64,000 nt of DNA from an uncultured delta proteobacterium (GTDB lineage Bacteria; Myxococcota; Myxococcia; Myxococcales; Anaeromyxobacteraceae): positions 64,001 through 128,000 of the forward strand of contig CAVYBH010000012.1 of NCBI GenBank assembly GCA_963766715.1, in the 5' to 3' direction. A program made the translations under genes and the position numbers. The notes under the pieces were generated by a model. That model worked only from the letters and a program-made list of their open reading frames with translations, was not told the origin of the DNA and made no database searches. Below are positions 1 through 12,386 of this stretch, one piece after another (position 1 is the first letter of the stretch; each line of letters opens with the position of its first letter).

Positions 1-675
1 CAGCTGCTCTACACGCAGATGCTGAAGGAGCGCATCGGCGACGCCCTGGCCGGCGCGCGCACCCTCTCCGAGGCCGCCGACCGGCTCGACGCAGAGGGCA
101 ACGTCTTCTTCAGCGAGCGGTTCCTCCTGCCGAGGCCGGTGCTCCAGGCGGTGACGAGCGACGTGCCCGCGCTCCTGCTCGTCGACGAGGTGGACAAGGC
201 CGATCCCGAGTTCGAGGCCTTCCTGCTCGAGGTGCTCGCCGACCACGCGGTCACCGTTCCGGAGCTGGGCACGATCCGCGCGATCCACCCGCCGCGCCTG
301 GTCCTCACCTCCAACGCCACCCGCGAGCTCTCCGACGCCCTCCGCCGGAGGTGCCTGCACCTCTTCATCGACTTTCCGTCCCAGGAGCGCGAGCTGGCCA
401 TCGTCCGCTCCCGCATCCCGGGCGTCCCGGAAGAGCTGGCGCGGCAGTCGGTGGCGGCGGTGGCCTCGCTCCGGGCCATGGACCTCCGGAAGGCGCCCTC
501 GATCTCGGAGACCCTCGACTGGATCCGTTCGCTGGTGCTGCTCCAGGCCCACGTCCTCGACGGCCAGGTGGTGTCCGACACGCTGAACGTGCTCCTCAAG
601 CACGAGGCCGACCTGGCCACCGCGCGTCCGCGGGCCGACGAGGTGGCCCGCGGGGTGATCCCGGGCGGCCGCTGA
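1..675 (+). CDS. MoxR/CoxD-family AAA+ ATPase (5' partial)
   Basis: Walker B LLLVDEVDKAD, LTSN and ELSDALRRRC motifs; the frame is open from the window start. Confidence 0.9.
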   Translation, partial: QLLYTQMLKERIGDALAGARTLSEAADRLDAEGNVFFSERFLLPRPVLQAVTSDVPALLLVDEVDKADPEFEAFLLEVLADHAVTVPELGTIRAIHPPRLVLTSNATRELSDALRRRCLHLFIDFPSQERELAIVRSRIPGVPEELARQSVAAVASLRAMDLRKAPSISETLDWIRSLVLLQAHVLDGQVVSDTLNVLLKHEADLATARPRADEVARGVIPGGR

Positions 676-681
676 TCGATC

Positions 682-1425
682 ATGCCCCCGCCCGGCCGGC
701 TCACCGCGCGCCTCCTCGCAGCCTTCCCGCACGGGTTCACCACTCGTGAAGGGGGGGCCTCGCGCGGTCCCTACCGCTCCCTCAACCTCTCCTCGACGGT
801 CGGCGACGACCCGGAGCGGGTCGAGGAGAACTGGGAGCGGCTCCGGCGGGCGACCGGTCTCGCCTTCGCCCGCGTCCGGCAGGTGCACGGGTGCCGCGTC
901 GTCGAGGCCGGGGCGGGGACCTTGCCCGTCGAGGAAGCCGACGCCGTCACCACGGCCGTCCCGGGCGTCGCGGCCTGCGTGTCGGTCGCCGACTGCGTCC
1001 CGGTCCTCCTCGCCGACCCGCGGAGCGGCGCCGTGGCGGCGGTGCACGCCGGATGGCGCGGGACGCTGGACCGGGCGGCGCGCGAGGGCGTGCGTGCCCT
1101 GATCGAGCGACACGGCGCACGCCCGTCCGACCTGCTCGCCGCCATCGGCCCCAGCATCGGCCCGTGCTGCTTCGAGGTCTCTCGGGACCTGGCGGTCCGG
1201 TTCCGCGACGAGATCGGGCCCACCACCGGAAACCCCAGGAAAAACGGCTCTCGCGCCGACCTCTGGCTGGCGAACGAGCGGGTGCTTCGGGAGGCCGGCG
1301 TGTCCCGGCGCCGGGTCGAGGTGATGGCCCGCTGCACCTCCTGCGAGGAAAACCTCTTCTTCTCCCACCGGCGCGACGAGGGTCGCACCGGCCGGCACGT
1401 GGCGTTCATCGCCCGGGTTTCTTGA
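682..1425 (+). CDS. pgeF: PgeF/YfiH family purine nucleoside phosphorylase (laccase-like)
   Basis: QVHG, ADCVP, HAGWRG, GPSIGPCCFEV and FFSHRR motifs. Confidence 0.92.
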   Translation: MPPPGRLTARLLAAFPHGFTTREGGASRGPYRSLNLSSTVGDDPERVEENWERLRRATGLAFARVRQVHGCRVVEAGAGTLPVEEADAVTTAVPGVAACVSVADCVPVLLADPRSGAVAAVHAGWRGTLDRAAREGVRALIERHGARPSDLLAAIGPSIGPCCFEVSRDLAVRFRDEIGPTTGNPRKNGSRADLWLANERVLREAGVSRRRVEVMARCTSCEENLFFSHRRDEGRTGRHVAFIARVS

Positions 1426-1450
1426 CTGTGAGGCGTAGCTACCCGAGAAT
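1422..1450 (+). promoter_or_regulatory. sigma70-type promoter candidate
   Basis: TTGACT-17 nt-GAGAAT just upstream of the ATG at 1467. Confidence 0.55.
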
Positions 1451-1466
1451 CTTGAAGGATTTGGTC

Positions 1467-2318
1467 ATGTTTCCCTACATTGCCGCTGCTGCGGCTCTCC
1501 TTCTTCTGTCCGGCTGCTCGTCGGGCGACGCCTCCTTGCGCCAGGACGTCACCTCGCTCCGGGCCGAGATCCGGACCCTTCAGCGGGAGAATGCCGACCT
1601 GGCCCGGCGGGTAGAGGCGATGGAATCCCAGCTCGACCTCCTCGCCGCCCGGTCCGCGAAGAGCGGACAGCCCGTCGGGGTCGAGTCGACCGCTGCGGCC
1701 CCGGCCACGGTCCGGCAGGCGCCCGCCGCAGCCGCGACCTCCGTCGGGGAGCCGCTCGTTCCCGCCAATCTCAAGGTGATCAAGCTGGAGCAGCCGAAGG
1801 CGCCCGCCGCCCCGAAGAAGGCGTCCGCCACCGCGTCCGCCAAGAATTCCTCATCGACGGCGCCCGCCGTGCCCACGGTCACACCCATCCAGGACCCCTC
1901 GGCCGTTGCGCTCGCCGCCCTCGGGACGGGCAAGGCGACCGGAGGCGATTCGCAGGCTGCCTGGGACTCGGCCCGCTCCCTCACCGGGCTCTCCCGCGCC
2001 CGGGCGCTCGAGCAGTTCACCGACGCCTACCCGGCGCATGCGCGTGCGGTCGAGGCGCTCGTCGACGCCGCTCGAATCCGGGACGTGGCCGGCGACCCGG
2101 ATGGCTCGTGCGAAGACTTCGCTCGCGCCGTCGCCGAGTACCCTGCCGCACGGGGGCTCCCCGACGCCATCGAGGGCCTGGCCGCCTGTGAGAAGAGGAG
2201 GGGTCGCGCCGGGGAGGCGCAGCGCCTCCTCGCCCGACTCGTCACCGATTTCCCCGATTCACCCGCCGGCAAGCGTGCACGCGAGCACGCGCCAGCGGTG
2301 CAAGGAGCCGCCCCATGA
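1467..2318 (+). CDS. CpoB/YbgF-like coiled-coil plus TPR lipoprotein
   Basis: Lipobox LSGC, coiled coil, Ala/Pro/Lys linker, C-terminal TPR-like repeats (YP...A, LVTDFPDS). Confidence 0.7.
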   Translation: MFPYIAAAAALLLLSGCSSGDASLRQDVTSLRAEIRTLQRENADLARRVEAMESQLDLLAARSAKSGQPVGVESTAAAPATVRQAPAAAATSVGEPLVPANLKVIKLEQPKAPAAPKKASATASAKNSSSTAPAVPTVTPIQDPSAVALAALGTGKATGGDSQAAWDSARSLTGLSRARALEQFTDAYPAHARAVEALVDAARIRDVAGDPDGSCEDFARAVAEYPAARGLPDAIEGLAACEKRRGRAGEAQRLLARLVTDFPDSPAGKRAREHAPAVQGAAP

Positions 2319-3631
2319 GCCACTGGAAGATCGCCGTCCTCCTCGCCGCCCTCCCGGCGGCGGCGCTGCCCCAGACGAACGCACTCGACCAGGCTCGCGG
2401 AGTCGGGGCCGTCCAGCAGGCCGGAGTGGAACGGGAGACCCGGATCATCGACCCCGCGCTGGCGGAAACCCCGCAGAGCCCGCCGCCCGGGGCAGCCGTG
2501 AACCTGAACCGGGCGGCCGATCGGCTGGAGGGCGCCCCCGTCGAGACCGCGCCGCAGGCGAGGACGCGTTCGCCCGGGGATGCAGCCCCGGAGACCTACG
2601 TGATCCAGCGCGGGGACACCCTGTGGGATCTCTCCGGCCGGTACCTCGACAGCCCCTGGTACTGGCCCAAGCTCTGGTCGTACAACCCGCAGGTCGAGAA
2701 CCCCCACTGGATCTACCCCGGCAACGAGCTGCGGCTCGCGCCCGCCGGCGCGCAGGCTCCGGCCCGGGTCGATCTCGTCGCCGTCGACGAGAGCGCGCCG
2801 CCGAAGGAGCTCGAGGACCTGACGCGCGGGAACATCGATCGCGCGGAGATGATCGAGGACGAGGACACCGTCTCGGTCGGCGGCGCGTACAAGATCGGCG
2901 GCATGCGGCCCAGGGGCCCGGCGGTCCTTCGCAACAGCTTCGTCACGTCGAACCAGCTCGAGTCGTCGGGGAAGGTCGTGGCCGCCTTCGAGGAGAAGAT
3001 GATCCTCACCACCGGCGACAAGATCTACGGCAAGTTCCAGGATCCGAAGGGCGTCCAGGTGGGCCAGAAGTTCTCCGTCTACAAGACCGACGGGCAGATC
3101 GTGCATCCGGTCACCAACCGGGTCTACGGCTGGAAGACGGTGATCCTCGGAACGGCTCGCGTCGTCGCGGTCGATCCGGGGAAGGCGACCACCCTCGTCA
3201 TCACCTACGTGAACGACGGCATCGAGCGGGGCGATCTCATCGGCCCCAACTTCGACCAGGCCCAGAAGCCGATCTTCTTCCGCCCCAACCGCTCGGCGCT
3301 CGACGGCTACATCATCGGCGTGCAGCCGGCCATCGTCACCGGCGCGGCGGAGTTCAACGTGGTCTACCTGGACAAGGGCAAGGCCGACGGCGTCGAGGTC
3401 GGGAACACCTTCGAGGTGGTCCGCAGCGGCGACCCGCTGTACGAGCCCATCGACCGGCCGCTCAACACCCCGGGGCTTCCCCGCGAGGTGATCGGGCACG
3501 TCGTGGTCTTCGATGCCCAGGAGCGCGCCTCGTCGGCCTACGTGCGCCGGAGCATCCTCGAGCTGCTCGTGGGCGACCACGTGGAGATGCGTCCGCCTGC
3601 CGAGGGAGCGCCAGTGAAGAAGGGCGGTTAG
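2315..3631 (+). CDS. LysM peptidoglycan-binding protein
   Basis: Signal peptide; YVIQRGDTLWDLS...WPKLWSYNPQVENPHWIYPG; typical position upstream of dprA. Confidence 0.9.
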   Translation: MSHWKIAVLLAALPAAALPQTNALDQARGVGAVQQAGVERETRIIDPALAETPQSPPPGAAVNLNRAADRLEGAPVETAPQARTRSPGDAAPETYVIQRGDTLWDLSGRYLDSPWYWPKLWSYNPQVENPHWIYPGNELRLAPAGAQAPARVDLVAVDESAPPKELEDLTRGNIDRAEMIEDEDTVSVGGAYKIGGMRPRGPAVLRNSFVTSNQLESSGKVVAAFEEKMILTTGDKIYGKFQDPKGVQVGQKFSVYKTDGQIVHPVTNRVYGWKTVILGTARVVAVDPGKATTLVITYVNDGIERGDLIGPNFDQAQKPIFFRPNRSALDGYIIGVQPAIVTGAAEFNVVYLDKGKADGVEVGNTFEVVRSGDPLYEPIDRPLNTPGLPREVIGHVVVFDAQERASSAYVRRSILELLVGDHVEMRPPAEGAPVKKGG

Positions 3632-3667
3632 CTCCTCATCGCGGGGGGGGCCGCCGGGGAGGGTCGC

Positions 3668-3696
3668 TTGACCTCCCCCGCCCCGGTGCGTATATG
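3668..3696 (+). promoter_or_regulatory. sigma70-type promoter candidate for dprA-topA
   Basis: TTGACC-17 nt-TATATG, 10 nt before the dprA ATG. Confidence 0.55.
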
Positions 3697-3706
3697 ACCC
3701 CGCCGC

Positions 3707-4592
3707 ATGATGGCTGCTCGAACCATCCGCCGCGGCGAGGAGGGATGGCCGCGGGCCCTCGACCTCCTCTCCGATGCCCCGGCCTTTCTCCGGGTTCGCG
3801 GCGCTTTGCCGGTCGAAGGGGACCGGGCCGTTTCCATCGTGGGCTCGCGGGAGGCCAGCAGCCGACGGCCTCCGGATGGCGCGAAGGCTCGGCTCCGCGG
3901 TGGCCCGGGCCGGTGGCTGGGTGATCTCGGGAGGTGCGAGGGGAATCGACGCGGCCGCACACGCCGGCGCGGTCGAGGCGGGCGGCAGGACCGTGGTGGT
4001 GCTGGGCGGAGGGCTCGACCACCTGTATCCCGCCGAGAACCGGGGGCTCTTCGCCCGGGCGGTGGAGTCCGGCGGCGGGCTGGTGGCCGAGGTGGAGGAC
4101 GGGAAGCAAGCCGCGATCTGGAGCTTCCCCCGTCGCAACCGGATCGTGGCCGCGCTCGGCGAGGCCACGGTGGTGGTCCGGGCGGGAACGAGCAGCGGCG
4201 CGCTGATCACCGCCCGGTACGCGGCGCGGATCGGCCAGCCGGTCTGGGTGGCCTCGGAGGTTCCGGGGGACGAAGGGAACGGGCTCCGGCAACTCGCGTC
4301 CGAAGGGGCCCGGGAGTTCCGGACGGCGGCGGAGCTGGCCGCCGCGCTGCAAGCTCGGGCCGGCGGCTCGGGCCGGCCGGGAGGCGCCCGACGCGGCGGG
4401 GCTGGAAGGAACGGCGGCGGTGCTCTGGGGGGCTCTCGACGGGGAGCCCCGGGGACCGGACGAGGTGGCGCGGCGCGCCGGGGTGGGGCCGGGCGCGGTG
4501 CTGGCGGGATTGATGGAGCTCGAGTTGCTCGGGCTCGTGGAACGGAGGCCGGGCCGCGGATTCGCCCGGCGCGCAGGTGGACCACAAGGAGA

Positions 4593-4596
<4 letters not shown>
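3707..4596 (+). CDS. dprA: DNA-processing protein DprA (two apparent sequencing frameshifts)
   Basis: VSIVGSR (frame of 3707), SGGARGIDAAAH and FPRRNRIV (frame of 3774), C-terminal wHTH LMELELLGLVERRPG ending at TGA 4594-4596. Confidence 0.88.
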
Positions 4597-7081
<2,485 letters not shown>

Positions 7082-7091
7082 CAGGCCGGTC

Positions 7092-7295
7092 CTACCGCCC
7101 CGGCTGGCGCCTCTCGAACGTGTGCGGCTCGAGGCGTGGCTCCTTCGAGCCGCGCCACGGATCGTGGAGCCCGTCGAGCGGCGGCGCCATCACCCGGACG
7201 CCCTCGTCGCAGAACTCGCAGAAGACCTGGTCGCCGGGCCTGTGGCTCGGGACCGGTCGCAACGAGCCGGGGCAAGTGCATCGCGCCTGGGTCAC
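7092..7295 (-). CDS. Small hypothetical Cys-containing protein (CxC...CxxC), probably leaderless
   Basis: 67 aa; extended -10 TGcTAGGCT lies 6 nt before the GTG; mostly G/C third codon positions. Confidence 0.55.
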   Translation of the reverse strand: MTQARCTCPGSLRPVPSHRPGDQVFCEFCDEGVRVMAPPLDGLHDPWRGSKEPRLEPHTFERRQPGR

Positions 7296-7368
7296 ACCGA
7301 TAGCCTAGCAGGCGCCGGCAACCGGCGGCGCGGGCCGCCTCGAGGCCCGCCAAGGTCCACCCTCGGTC

Positions 7369-7493
7369 GGTGTAGTGCGGTCAGTTCGCCCCGACGCGGG
7401 CTCTGGACCGGAGCCCGGCAGTGCCTATCCTAGGGGCGTGGAGGGACCGCCCCAGGGCGGGGTTCCCCGTGTACGTCGGGAGCCACCTCCACC
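7369..7493 (-). ncRNA. Candidate structured non-coding RNA of unknown family
   Basis: Closing stems GGTG/CACC and CCCGACG/CGTCGGG enclose three hairpins; TAGGAT -10 box at 7507-7502 just upstream. Confidence 0.45.
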
Positions 7494-7552
7494 TGCCACC
7501 CATCCTACCCCCGGAGCGCGCGCCCTCGAAGCGCGCGGGTGGCAGCCTGCGG

Positions 7553-7909
7553 CTACCGGCGCACCGGGGCGGCGGCCGTCTCCGCGCAGTCGGTGCACTG
7601 GACGGCGTAGGGGTTGGCCTCGAGCCGGCGAGGCTCGATGAGCTCGCCGCAGCGGGCGCAGCGCCCGTAGGTGCCGGCCGCGATGCGCGCCAGGGCGGCG
7701 TCGATGCGGGCCACCTCGGCCTGCTCCGCCTCGCCGATGAGGGCGATGCGCTCCTGCTCCTCCTCGCTCTGGGCCTCGTCGCCGAACTCAATCTCGCGCT
7801 CGGCGCGGATCTGGGCGATGCCGGTGTCCCCGCTCTGGATGAGCTTCAGCAGCTCCGCCCTGCGTCGTTCGAGCTTCGCCTTCGCAGCCTCGAGAGCTTC
7901 CCGTTGCAT
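7553..7909 (-). CDS. TraR/DksA family C4 zinc-finger transcription regulator
   Basis: Coiled coil plus GTYGRCARCGELIEPRRLEANPYAVQCTDC; RBS GGAGG. Confidence 0.9.
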   Translation of the reverse strand: MQREALEAAKAKLERRRAELLKLIQSGDTGIAQIRAEREIEFGDEAQSEEEQERIALIGEAEQAEVARIDAALARIAAGTYGRCARCGELIEPRRLEANPYAVQCTDCAETAAAPVRR

Positions 7910-8060
7910 GGCCACCTCCACACCCTTCCGGGCCAGGGGGCCCGGACTCCCATCAGCCTGCGCCCGACCGGACCGGGAGACAAGCCATCCGGTGGGGGCC
8001 ACGGCGGCGGGGCGTCCGGCCCCGTGATACATACCGCGGCGCGATGGGGTGCGAGGCCAA

Positions 8061-9377
8061 ATGTCCGATCCGGTGACCATCGTCGGCGCCGGCCTGGCCG
8101 GGAGCGAGGCGGCATGGACCCTGGCCCGCGCCGGGATCCGCGTCGACCTGGTGGAGATGAAGCCCACCCGCCGTTCCCCGGTACAGCGCCTGGACGGCTT
8201 CGCCGAGCTGGTCTGCTCGAACTCGCTCCGGTCCGACGATCCGCAGAACGCCGTCGGGCTCCTCCACGAGGAGCTGCGTCGCGCCGGCAGCCTCGTGCTG
8301 GCGTGCGCCGACGAGGCCCGCGTTCCCGCCGGCGGCGCGCTGGCGGTCAACCGCGAGGAATTCAGCGGCCGGGTGACGGCCCGGCTCACCTCCCACCCGC
8401 TCGTCCGCGTGGAGCGCCGGGAGGTGACCGAGCTTCCGGGTCCGCCGGGACCGGCCATCCTCGCCACGGGCCCCCTCACCGCCGACGCGCTGGCCGCGGC
8501 CATCGCCGCCGTGGTCGGACCCGGCCTCGCCTTCTACGACGCCATCGCGCCGGTGGTGACGGACGAGAGCGTGGACCGTTCGGTGGCCTTCGCCGCCTCC
8601 CGCTGGGGGAAGGGGGAGGGGGACGACTACCTGAACCTGCCCCTCGACGAGGCGGGCTACGTGGCCTTCGTCCGGGCCCTGGTCGAGGGGGAGAAGGTCG
8701 CGCCGCACGGCTTCGAGGAGCCGCGCTACTTCGACGGGTGCCTGCCCATCGAGGTCATGGCCGAGCGCGGCCTCGACACCTTGCGCTTCGGCCCCATGAA
8801 GCCGGTGGGGCTCACCGATCCGCGCACCGGCCGCTGGCCGCACGCGGTCGTGCAGCTGCGCCGCGAGGACGTGGCCGGGACGGCCTGGAACCTGGTCGGC
8901 TTCCAGACGCGCCTGACGTGGCCGGAGCAGCGGCGGATCTTCCGCGAGTTCCTCCCCGGGCTCGGCGCGGCCGAGTTCCAGCGGCTCGGGCAGGTGCACC
9001 GGAACACCTTCGTGGATTCACCCAGGGTGCTCGCAGCCGACCAGTCGCTCCGGGCCATGCCCCATCTCTTCCTGGCCGGCCAGATCACCGGGGTGGAGGG
9101 GTACGTGGAGTCGGCCGCGTCCGGGCTCCTGGCCGCGCGCGCCGTGCTCGACCGCCTGGCCGGTCGGGAGTTCCGGGCGCCGCCCGGGACCACGGCGATC
9201 GGGGCCCTCCACCGCCACGTCACCGGCGTCGCCCATCCGGACGGGTACGAGTTCCAGCCCTCCAACGTCGTCTACGCCCTCTTTCCTCCGCTGGAAGGAC
9301 GCCATCGCGGCAAGGCCGCGCGCAAGGGCGCCTACGCGGAACGCGCACGGAAGGATCTCCAGGAGTGGATCGCATGA
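8061..9377 (+). CDS. trmFO: Folate-dependent tRNA (uracil-5)-methyltransferase TrmFO
   Basis: [40 protein letters not shown]. Confidence 0.96.
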   Translation: MSDPVTIVGAGLAGSEAAWTLARAGIRVDLVEMKPTRRSPVQRLDGFAELVCSNSLRSDDPQNAVGLLHEELRRAGSLVLACADEARVPAGGALAVNREEFSGRVTARLTSHPLVRVERREVTELPGPPGPAILATGPLTADALAAAIAAVVGPGLAFYDAIAPVVTDESVDRSVAFAASRWGKGEGDDYLNLPLDEAGYVAFVRALVEGEKVAPHGFEEPRYFDGCLPIEVMAERGLDTLRFGPMKPVGLTDPRTGRWPHAVVQLRREDVAGTAWNLVGFQTRLTWPEQRRIFREFLPGLGAAEFQRLGQVHRNTFVDSPRVLAADQSLRAMPHLFLAGQITGVEGYVESAASGLLAARAVLDRLAGREFRAPPGTTAIGALHRHVTGVAHPDGYEFQPSNVVYALFPPLEGRHRGKAARKGAYAERARKDLQEWIA

Positions 9378-10796
9378 GAAAGAACGCCTCGATCGCCGCG
9401 GCCCTGGCCGCCACGCTCCTCGCCGGGTGCACCTCCCGGTCGGCCCCGGCCGCCGCCGGCGGGGCCCGCCTCTCGGAGGGAGCCGCCCGGTCCCTCTCCC
9501 CGTCGCCCGACGGCTCCCGGCTGGCCTGGCTCGCCGACTGCGCGCCGGCGCCCGGCGCCACGAAGGGACAGCCCGCCTGCGTGCTGCGGGTCGCTCCGGT
9601 CGGCGGCGGCGCCGCCCAGCGGATCGCCGAGGGCGTGCCGGCAGTCGACGGCGCCTTCGCGTGGGCGCCCGACGGCTCGCTGGCCGTGATCGGCCGCCGG
9701 GACCCCGCCACGGGAGCGGGCGAGCTGACCCTCTGGCGTCCGGGCCGGGAGCCGCGCGTGCTCGCGCCGAGCGCGACCGCCTTCGCCTGGGGCCCCGACT
9801 CCCGCATCGCGATCGTCTCCCTGGGCAGCCTGCTCGTGGCCTCCGGGGATGGAGTCGCCCACGCCGGCCCGGGGCGGCGTCGGCGTCGGCGACTTCGCCT
9901 TCGCCCCCGCCGCCGGGCGGTTCCCTCGCGGCCGTCGTCCGTGGCGCGAGCGGCGCGCCCGTCCTGGTGGCGTGGCGGGAGGCAGGGGAGGAGCCCGTGG
10001 TGGTCGCGCGCGACGTCGACTCCTTCGCCTACTCTCCCGACGGAGGGATGCTCGCGGCCATCGCGGGCGTCGCACCCGGCAGCCCGGGGGACCTGGTCGC
10101 CTCGGTCCTGGGCACCGCAGGGACGGTCCCGCCGGCTCCCGTCGTCGTCGCCCGCTCGGTCGGCGAGTTCCGGTGGGCTCCGGGGGCTCGACGCCTGGCC
10201 TGGCTCACCGGCTTCGACCCGCGGGTCCGGGCCGGCACGCTGGCGTCCGCGGCTCCGGGCGGCGGCGTGACCTCCTTCGCGCCCCGGGTGACCTCGTTCG
10301 AGCTCTCCCCGGGAGGGGAGCGGCTGGCCTACGTCCGCCACGTGACCGACGGAGAGTACGCGGCCCGCCTGGAGCTCTCGCCCTCCCAGGCAGCGGAGCC
10401 CGGCACGGTGGCGCGCGACGCGGCCGCCTTCGAGTTCTCTCCCGACGGGCGCTGGATCTACTACCGGGCCGGGTGCGCGCCGGGCAGCGACGCCTGCGCC
10501 CTGTTCCGGGCGCCCGGCGCCGGCCTGGCTCCCGGTGCAGTCGCCCGAGAAGCTCGCCGAAGGGGTGGCGTCCTTCGCGATCGACCGCTGGCGGCCGGAT
10601 CGCGTCCTCGTGTCCTTCGTCCGCCGGGACGGGGCCGGGGTCGACCTGGCGCTCTGGAGCGGTGGCGGGCTCGTGTCGCTCGACGGGAGCGTGCTGGCCA
10701 GGGAGCCCGCGCTTCCTGCCGCCCGACGGGCGGAAGGTGGCCTGGATCGCCACCCGTCCCGAACGGGCCGGCGTCCACGTGGGCGGCGCCCCCTGA
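9374..10796 (+). CDS. TolB-like beta-propeller lipoprotein (several apparent frameshifts)
   Basis: Lipobox LAGC; repeated SPDG/APDG/SPGG blade motifs spread over the frames of ORFs 7421, 9427, 10535 and 9849. Confidence 0.7.
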
Positions 10797-10844
10797 AGGC
10801 GCCGCCGAATGGATGCCCGCCAGCTCGCGTGGTAGCAGGTGGGG

Positions 10845-11771
10845 ATGCCCGTCGACGTCGCCGCGCAGCCCGACGAGGTCCGGCGCTTCGAGCGCTGGCT
10901 CGCCGGGGAGCGACGCGCCTCCGACCAGACGAGGCGGGCCTACCTGGCCGACCTGGCGGCCTACGTCGCCTACCTGGAGGGTGTCGGCGTGCCCATCGTG
11001 CCGTCGTCCCCGTCCGCCGTCCGGGGGTGGCTGGGCCGGGAGGCCGCCACGAACGGTCCGACCTCCGTCGCGCGGAAGCTCTCCACCGTGCGCTCCTTCT
11101 ATCGCTTCCTCGTGAAGGAGCGGGTCGCCGAGTCGAACCCGGCCCGGGCCGTCCAGGCCCCGCGCCGCCCCCGGAAGCTCCCGGAGGTGCTGCCCGAGGC
11201 CGACGTGGCGGCGCTCCTCGACGCGCCGGCCGAGGCGGGCCCGCTCGTGCTGCGGGACCGCGCCTTCCTCGAGCTGCTCTACTCGAGCGGGCTTCGCGTC
11301 TCCGAGCTGACCGGCCTCGACCTCGACGACCTCGATCTCGCCGATGGGCTGGTCCGCGTGCTCGGGAAGGGGCGGAAGGAGCGGGTCGTGCCGGTGGGGG
11401 GCCCGGCCCGGGAGGCCCTGCGCCGCTGGATCGACGAGGGGCGCCCCGCGCTGCTGGCCGGCCCGGACGCGGTCCGGGCCCGGGGTGCACTGTTCGTCAA
11501 CTACCGGGGCGGACGCCTGACGCCCCGATCGGTGGCCCGCCGCCTCGACCGGTGGGTGACCGCGGCCGGGCTCCCGCGCCACGTCCACCCGCACGTCCTC
11601 CGCCACTGCTTCGCCACGCACCTCCTCGGCAACGGGGCCGACCTGCGCGGGATCCAGGAGCTGCTGGGGCATGCGTCGCTCTCCACGACCCAGCGCTACA
11701 CCCACCTGGACTGGAAGCGGCTCGCCGAGGTCTACGACCGGTCGCACCCCCGGGCGCGGACGGACGGGTAG
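10845..11771 (+). CDS. xerC: Tyrosine recombinase XerC
   Basis: RDRAFLELLYSSGLRVSEL, GKGRKER, HPHVLRHCFATH, LLGHASLSTTQRY; trmFO-hslV synteny. Confidence 0.92.
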   Translation: MPVDVAAQPDEVRRFERWLAGERRASDQTRRAYLADLAAYVAYLEGVGVPIVPSSPSAVRGWLGREAATNGPTSVARKLSTVRSFYRFLVKERVAESNPARAVQAPRRPRKLPEVLPEADVAALLDAPAEAGPLVLRDRAFLELLYSSGLRVSELTGLDLDDLDLADGLVRVLGKGRKERVVPVGGPAREALRRWIDEGRPALLAGPDAVRARGALFVNYRGGRLTPRSVARRLDRWVTAAGLPRHVHPHVLRHCFATHLLGNGADLRGIQELLGHASLSTTQRYTHLDWKRLAEVYDRSHPRARTDG

Positions 11772-11834
11772 GGCGAGTCCGGCGGCCTGGCGCGCTCCAG
11801 GACGGGCGTTGCCGCAAGTCCCGCGGCGCGATAG

Positions 11835-12383
11835 ATGGACCGGATGATCCGCGGGACGACGGTGCTGTGCGTGCGTCGCGAGGGCCGGGTGGTCATGGCC
11901 GGCGACGGGCAGGTGACGCTCGACAAGACGGTCATGAAGTCCGGGGCCCGCAAGGTGCGGCGGCTCGGGGACGGAAAGGTCCTGGCCGGCTTCGCCGGGG
12001 CCACCGCCGACGCCTTCACGCTCTTCGAGCTCTTCGAGAAGAAGCTGAAGGAACACGGGCGATCGCTGCCCCGGGCGGCCGTGGAGCTGGCGAAGCAGTG
12101 GCGCACCGATCGCTTCCTGCGCCGCCTCGAGGCGCTCCTCATGGTGGCCGACGCCGAGAACCTCTTCGTCCTCTCCGGCGCGGGCGACGTGATCGAGCCC
12201 GACGCGGTCCCCGGAGGCGCGGTGGCGGCCATCGGCTCGGGAGCGCCCTACGCGCTCTCCGCCGCCCGCGCGCTGCTCGCCCATTCGCCCCTGCCGGCGC
12301 GCCAGGTCGCCGAGGAGTCGATGAAGCTCGCCGCCGAGATCTGCATCTACACCAACGACCGGTTGACCATCGAGGAGCTCTAG
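11835..12383 (+). CDS. hslV: ATP-dependent protease subunit HslV
   Basis: [30 protein letters not shown]. Confidence 0.97.
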   Translation: MDRMIRGTTVLCVRREGRVVMAGDGQVTLDKTVMKSGARKVRRLGDGKVLAGFAGATADAFTLFELFEKKLKEHGRSLPRAAVELAKQWRTDRFLRRLEALLMVADAENLFVLSGAGDVIEPDAVPGGAVAAIGSGAPYALSAARALLAHSPLPARQVAEESMKLAAEICIYTNDRLTIEEL

Positions 12384-12386
12384 GCG

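Noticed and set aside
7423..7455. SAM-I-riboswitch-like stretch CTATCC..GTGGAGGGAC
   Set aside because: The rest of the consensus (GCCCGATGA, GCAACC, GTGC.AA) is missing and no met gene lies downstream
10845..11771. Tyrosine recombinase as a mobile-element integrase
   Set aside because: The trmFO-xerC-hslVU context indicates housekeeping XerC; no att sites or phage genes seen
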